The position numbers and the translations under genes are program-made. Under the pieces are notes generated by a model that saw only the letters and a program-made list of their open reading frames with translations, was not told the origin of the DNA and did no database searches. DNA of 56,857 nt, the filler included, from Sphacelaria rigidula (taxonomy: Eukaryota), in NCBI GenBank assembly GCA_964200075.2. It is 5 parts of 5 records of this genome, joined end to end, with 100 filler letters (N's around TTAATTAATTAA, not from the genome) between each part and the next. Parts side by side here need not be neighbours in the genome. Positions count along the whole stretch, not along the records: positions 45,569 to 56,857 come from CAXNAA020005109.1; 4 more parts are not named here. One strand, 5' to 3'. Position 1 is the first letter of the stretch, and each line of letters opens with the position of its first letter. Of this stretch, positions 50,441 through 56,857 are shown piece after piece.

Positions 50441-52004
50441 GGGTGTACTGTTCTCGATTTAATACGAAGTAACGTTGAGCACGGGCTATGCATCTTGTTT
50501 CCGCCCCGTAATGCCCTGTGTTCCTCCGTGGTTTGCCCGGTGGGTACCCTGTGCTCCGTGTTCCCGCCCGATGCATAATGGTACTCATGCCCAAACAGAT
50601 CATCGCGGCTTCATTCACGAGCGACCATAACCAATTGATTTATTTATGCTCTCGTCACAACGGAGTGTCACGCTCTACGATATGGCGGAGATAACCAGAC
50701 CAGCAGCTTTTCAAGCACAACTTGACCTAGCCGACGTTAATGATATGAACGGCAATGATGGTCGCGTGTCGGAGCGAGTACACCCGAACGCGCTACAATT
50801 TTTCATCTCGACGGGTGCGGCATCTTACTCTGGGCGTGACGATGGGGACAGCCACACTTCAGGGCTTCTTGAGGCTGCTGTTCTTCAGTGCCCGGGCCAA
50901 CCCTACCAGCTGTGCCGACGCTACTACTGACATGCTTCTGCAGCGAACCAACGGAGAGGTCGAAGGTACTTGCAGGAGCACGGAAGATCATGCGACCGCT
51001 GCGTACCGCTTCTGTGGCCTCTGCTGCACGTTCTGGGTCCACCCTTGCTCTCTGCATGCATATCAGCCGATCGACCAAAAAGGTGATGTTGAAGAAAGAC
51101 GCACATGCGCTTATGCGCAGTGCTGTGGGAGGATGTTTTCTTATGCTGTAGGCACGTGCAGTAGCTCAAACGACGCGTCATGCTCTTGTGCACACGCAGC
51201 AAGAACCAGATTGGAAAAAACTGTATCTCAATTGGTTCTGTATCCTGATTGGGACATTTACCTCTAGATGGGAAACTCCCTGCCCCTTGCGAATTTTCCT
51301 AGGGCTCGACTAAGACTCCGGCACTATTTTCTTCCAAGATGAGAGAATTCAATCAACAGCGCCTTTCCTCACCTGGTGAGAGCCGTTTTCAACGTACTGA
51401 AGGAGTTGTAGACACCGGAGCAGTAGTGCACGACAAGGCAAGCCAGGGAAAGTTTTAACGGACAAGTAAAATTCTCAGTTGGTTGTTTTTGCAAAGCTGT
51501 TTCACGTAGCACGTGACGTTCGGGAAGGCGATTTCAACGTCATTTGAGTGTTCAACCTCATTACTCGGGATTCGTTGTTATCCCCTCTAAGTTCACGATT
51601 GTTTTATTTTGTGCGTGCTTTTTCTTTGCCTGTAACACCGTCGTATGCTTGTAGATACACGTCAATATCCTACTCAGGTATATCAAATCCTTCAGCCGCA
51701 AGCTACTACAAAAAGATCAGCCGATTCTAATTTTTTGGGTGGAACACCAAAATGAGGTTCAACTCGCCTTCGAAAACTCGAGAATTCACACCAACGAGTA
51801 TCGCCACGGAAATTTTCGCAAGCAGAGTTTCTGTTGCAGTTAAGCCGCTGTTGTTAGGTGCACCAAATGAATGCCGTGCACACGCGTGTCGATGACGATG
51901 TCACCAGAGGAGGAACGGCGGAGAGGAAGCTTCTCGCCGGTGTCCTTTATGTGTCATCGTTCGGTGATTCCCAATCGGTGCAGAGATGGGCATCATGTTA
52001 TAGC

Positions 52005-52350
52005 TCTATTGTCCAATCAATACATGTTGGGGGAGTGTGGGCGACGATATATTGTACGATCACTACATATTAGAGTCGAATTCATGAGGACATATTGATC
52101 AGTCAATATATATTGGGGCTGCGTGGCTGCCAATGTATTGGCCAGTCGATATATACCGGATATTGTAAGTATGGTGTACGCTTATAGAAAGATCCAGACG
52201 CGATGGATGCCAGAGCCCGTGCAGATTAGGGAAAGCTTTGAACGAAGCCGCAAAAGTTCGCGTGCATTGCTGCGAAGAGTTCTCGAACACGTTTGGTATA
52301 TATATTGGCCGAAGAATGTAAAGACAGACGAGGTGACTCGGTATATATGA
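52005..52350. repeat. Cluster of short CAATAT(AT)ATTG-type palindromes
   Basis: Perfect CAATATATATTG at 52104-52115 plus multiple degenerate copies. Homologous to 55725-56200. Confidence 0.7.
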
Positions 52351-52770
52351 CTTTTGATACCTATCTGGCCACCGGTGCGGCGCTGCCCATCCCCTTTACA
52401 GTATGTAATATATCTTGGCTGAACATTACCACGGCAGGAAACACGAGTCAATATGCGCCTTTTGGTACCCCTCTGGTCACCGGTGCTGTACTTCTTATAC
52501 CTTGGACAAGACGATATGTTCCAATATGATACCAATACTTTGGTTTGGAGACAGGGTGAATGTTGTCATTTCAATATATGTTGAGATGTCCTCGGAGACA
52601 TTGAAGCACCAACATAGATTTATCATGTCATGATCGTGAAGTAATGCATGCCACTTTATATTGGATATGCATTTTTTCCGGGAACGAAACGTTCAATACA
52701 CTTTGTGCATGCCGGCCGTGTGTGTATTGAAGTGTCGATACATCTTGAGTCGAAGCGATGCGTAACATAT

Positions 52771-53018
52771 TGTTACCCCTTTTGGAACCCTCCCCTCCTG
52801 TCCCCGAGGCAAACGCCTCGTTATGAGAAGTCCTGACAAAGAGGAAAATATGGGAGCAGAAAAGGCCGACGGCAACCATTTTATAATGGAAGACCGAAGG
52901 AAAATCCCGTAGCACACGCGGCGGGTGCAGGAAGAATGTCTTCCCTGCAGAGGTCGGCAGAGGTTTGCCCAATCATGCCACGCAACGGATGAATTTTGTC
53001 CAATTGTATCCATCAACA
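52771..53018 (-). mobile_element. Possible solo LTR (Copia-like termini)
   Basis: Minus strand starts TGTTG, ends GGGGTAACA and has an internal TATAAAA. 248 bp. No clean 5-bp TSD. Confidence 0.35.
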
Positions 53019-53219
53019 ATGATTAGCAAAAACACTGTGACGACGCCAATAAGGCTACTACCCCTTGGTGAGGGAGTGGTAGTCTCAGGAGCCACGGGCT
53101 TGGCCGTGGGACGTGCCTAGATCGTTCTTGTGTAGAGGGAAACTCTAGGATTGAGATAAGATGTGTCTCGAGAGGGCTCCAGGAGCGGTGCCGTCTCGAG
53201 TTGGAGTGTGACTATTACT

Positions 53220-53320
53220 CCGGAGACGGGGAGACAATGACCCGGACGGGATAGACAATGACCCGGACGGGATAGACATTGATCCGGACGGGATAGGCAT
53301 TGACCCCGTCGGGACAGACT
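53220..53320. repeat. 21-bp minisatellite (about 4-5 units) inside a possible LTR-like segment 53036-53428
   Basis: Unit CCCGGACGGGATAGACAATGA repeated with few mismatches. The surrounding segment is bounded by TGTGA...TCACA. Confidence 0.85.
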
Positions 53321-53632
53321 AGTGTTTCCGAGAACGTTCCCGGAACGATGCCGGAGATATGAACGTTCCTGGAACGAAGGTGCGGTTGTAGACACGTGGA
53401 AGACTTGTAGACTACCCTGGTACTCACATGTGAATCATCCCATTAAATAACAGCAATGTGTTCCAGGGTCTGGTACGGCACATCGCTAAACAGGAACCCT
53501 TTTGTTCCATTTGTCGCTCGCATGGGTCTGAAAAATACGCACTGGGTGAATGTTGTTGCGTCTGAGCTGTAAACCATCAACCATATCTTGCTCAAAAACC
53601 GTCAACTGCAAATGAGGGTTAACATAAATTGC

Positions 53633-55600
53633 CCTGTGTTCAGGGAGCTTCCAATTTCAATTTCTTTCGGGGTTTGTGATGTTGTGGCTTGGATTTCGGC
53701 GGTGAAACCGGAGTGGCGTCGGCGGAGCCCTTCTACTCTAAAATGACGGTCTACCCGTAACCTATTTTGTTTTCACACTGGTATCAATCTCCTTACGGTA
53801 GATAGGGGAGGAACTGATGGACTCGCTTCAGTACCAAAACGCCCAGGTATTACAATGTAAATGCTTTGTCTTGTGTCTCGTTCGAATCACGTGTTTTATG
53901 CTAAAACTAAAAACTGCCTGTGCTGCAGTATGGTTGCGTCCTTACATTCCTTGACAAAAAATACGCTTCCCGCGTCTCGTACACAGTTCACGATAACCAG
54001 AGCATGTCGGTGGCGTTTATATCATGCATATCCGTTTTTGAACTGGTACGGTATACTATTTGGTACAGCCCGCAGCATGCGGCAGTACTGGATCGACAAC
54101 AAATTGGTTCACCACACCTCCAAGTACAACAACGATGGACTCGCTGGCATCTCTCCTGCGTGTTTTCGAATGAAGCGTGATGAAACATGAGGAGCAATAC
54201 CGTGACGGGCTGCCACAGGGGATTACAACGCTGTAGTACACAATCACGCTGGCACGATGTCGGCAACACGGAGAATCACGCACGCGCTACGAGTAGCGCG
54301 CGTGCTGCTCGAAAATAACGCGCTCTCCGCGTTTAATTTACTTCATTGCGTTTTCTTTAGTTCGATGCAGAGGTAAGTGACCGTATGGGTGTGGAGCCGA
54401 CACTGCGTGCCAACCGCAGCCTGACGCGTTCGGCGGTACTAACTGCTCACTGCACAGCGGCAGGGTGCAGGGTGACAAACCACACTGCAGGACGCGACAT
54501 CCTTAGCCTATCCCTGCCCTGCATTGATTTTGCGTTGCCCTATGCAGTTTGCCACATCATGAATGCAACCACTTGTATCGCGGAAGATGTACGTAGGATA
54601 TCACGCCTTGCTACGCGCTTCATCGCTACGTCACATTTTGTAGAGCTGTCCGTGTTGCAGCTACAGCGTGCATTTGCCCCAGGTGGCGCACGCAGGAGTG
54701 CAAGGCCGCCTGCGCCGCTGTAATGGTTACCTGTATCTTGGGCGAAGCTGTATGGTGACACAGCCACGGCTGGTGCGCCCACATACACCGAAAGGTGGAG
54801 ACCGGCGTCCAGAATAGATGGGACGACAACACACGCAGCACACTGACTTTGCGCAGCACACTTTCAACAACGTGTTCGTACTGACTGTAGAAATCTTTTG
54901 TCCACGGTTGCGTGCATTTCCATACATAATGCAGGGTCTGGTACATCTCGACGTATTATGTAACGGAGGGTCTGGTACTTCTCCACCTGTACACGTGTGT
55001 GATATCGAGAAAAAATCCGCAACATCTGGGCAAACTGCAGGTGAGGCGCAATCGCCGAAATACTCGCCTGCAAACTCTGCTCCAGTGTACTGTGAGTTGA
55101 CATCGCTAGAAGGACACTACCATAACCACCTTGCCGGCTACCAGACTGCCACAGACTGTCAGGACGTAGGATCCGCTAGCATTGCTACTGTCTGTACGGG
55201 GACGTTGCACCCTTGTCAGGTACGTTTTGGAGCATGATACTAGATGAAGATCACCCTTCCTTGTAGACGGGCACCAAACGCTGAGGGTTCTCACTCAAGA
55301 CTTCGATTTGGAGGATAATACTAGGTAGGCAGCGGCAACTGCTGTGTGTCCAGGTGCCCCTTGGAGCAGGATGCGTTTCGTGTCTGTTTGACAAAGATAT
55401 TCCCCGAAAACCGAAATCGATGCGGGTTATAAAATGGAAAAATCTAGTAAAAAAACTGTCGCAAGAATCGGGTCGCAGGAAGAAGGTCGCAAGAATCAGG
55501 CCGTAGGAATCCTGACGCAAAAATGGAGTTGCAAAAAAACAGTAAGTCGAATTTCTACCCGCAGCAGAACCCAACTTCACTTTGTCAAATTGGGATGTAT
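53633..55600. repeat. Copy 2 of the ~1.8-2 kb diverged repeat
   Basis: Collinear direct match to 48655-50440 with different internal insertions. Subrepeats (GGTCGCAAGAATC-like) at 55450-55550. Confidence 0.85.
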
Positions 55601-55724
55601 CGCGCACGCTCATCGCATAGTTTTTGTGCAGCCAAAACAAACTGACCACGCTCACGGAGGAATATATTGAGCGTTTCGGGCATCTGGTGATACATCTTTC
55701 AAATGACACCCGCGAATACAAAGC

Positions 55725-56200
55725 TGCCCAATATACTAATTACAATACACATTCCAATCTGCATGTTGAATCATCAACATATATTGCCACACCAATATGT
55801 ACGGTGACCGTCGGTTCCCTCGTGTATTGTCCGCCCAACATATTGGACGCATTGACGCACGACATATTGGGGCGGCAATGTATATTGCCGCTTCCGTTGT
55901 TGAGTATATTGAATCGTCGACATATATTGGCACTTCGGGTGTTGAGCATATTGAATCGTTAATATATATTGGCGCCTCACCGCACCAACATATTACTCAG
56001 CCAATATATTTTGAGGTGGCGCGTGTCATAATATATTGTTCGGTCCATAAATATTGCATGTCGCGAGCATTGACATATTGATGGCACAATATATATTGAC
56101 CTGTCTCTCGTTTCATCATATTGCTGGCCCAATATGTATTGATCACCCGACGCGTCGACTTATTAGAGTCTAATCGGGCGATATATATTACATGTTGTAT
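55725..56200. repeat. Dense array of CAATAT(AT)ATTG-type palindromes with variable spacers
   Basis: Many ATATTG/CAATAT motifs every 15-35 bp, e.g. GCGGCAATGTATATTGCCGC 55872-55891 and CAATATATATTG 56087-56098. Confidence 0.8.
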
Positions 56201-56857
56201 TGCCCAGGGTAGTAGTATTCAGACGCCGATACCACTACATGAAAGTTGACGTCAGCAAAGCGCAGCCAAGACAAAACTCAAGAGAAACCCAGTCCACAGG
56301 CGTCGCAGCTAAATGTTTCACTTTCCGAGAAACGAAAACAATTAGCACCTACGGGCTGCGCACTTACCAACGAAGCAGTCGTAGCATGCCCAAATCTTCC
56401 AACGTCTACAACAAGAAACATCAGCGTATGGTCGACGCCCGGCTCATGAACCCGCGCTCGCCGCACTTTCCGCCATGCAATCCGCATGAGCGCGGACACC
56501 GCGCGTGCGAGGTCCATACTGGTTGTATCGCCCTAGGGGGTAAAACGTCCGGGATAAGCACGTGTCACACCGCTACTCGCCACGTCAACCCGCCACGTTA
56601 CTCCTGAGCTAACCTTTACCCTGACGCACAGGACGCATCTCTGGCGACCGTCAGACGCCTACAGTGAAACAACCCGACAGCTGCTATAAGGATAGGAACG
56701 CAGTGTGCAGTCTACGTGCCCTCATGCCCCCTTCCCCCCGTCTCGAAAGGGATGCGTGGTCAATGGTCAAATGACTAAGGCAAGCAACAAATTAGTACGC
56801 GCCCCCCCCCCCCACCCCCCTCATCTACCGCCGGCCCTTGTCCCCTGGTCGCCCTCC

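Noticed and set aside
50646..51267. ORFs 50646-50930 and 50755-51267 as a gene
   Set aside because: No recognisable motif or splice structure; lies among repeats.
52293..52529. LysM-like repeats (LATGAALPIP / LVTGAVLLIP)
   Set aside because: Spacing of about 36 aa is short for LysM and the YxVxxGDTL motif is absent; better explained as a DNA-level duplication.
49243..54723. Homologous ORFs 49243-49668 and 54385-54723 as a conserved small gene pair
   Set aside because: Both are open with a shared stop, but in the ~60 codons I compared most differences are non-synonymous, the antisense frame has shared TAG stops, and both lie within a repeat.

Overview
This is eukaryotic, intron-rich and repeat-rich DNA of roughly 50% GC. 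It is most likely from a photosynthetic stramenopile such as a brown alga. That is an inference from the short exons in long introns, abundant poly-G/C tracts and a heterokont-style signal peptide with an 'SAF' plastid-targeting motif. The window is not one locus: it is five pieces (four of exactly 11,292 bp, one of 11,289 bp) joined by artificial 100-bp spacers (44 N + TTAATTAATTAA + 44 N), so adjacency across spacers means nothing. Recognisable content: a HAD-like hydrolase first exon (piece 1); a LINE RT remnant, several MITE-like elements and a HID1/dymeclin-like first exon (piece 2); a frameshifted plastid-targeted NTRC-type thioredoxin reductase exon and a large charged first exon, possibly Prp28/DDX23 (piece 3); 12 consecutive exons of a HEATR5/Laa1/SWEETIE-family gene (piece 4); and a degenerate DIRS/Ngaro-type tyrosine recombinase plus repeats (piece 5). 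I see no CRISPR array, RNA gene or clearly novel protein system. The best unexplained structures are a palindrome-bearing ~200-255 bp tandem array with an inverted copy (9350-10810), two CAATATATATTG palindrome clusters, and an apparent excess of GC-AG splice donors. All family calls rest on remembered motifs, not database searches.
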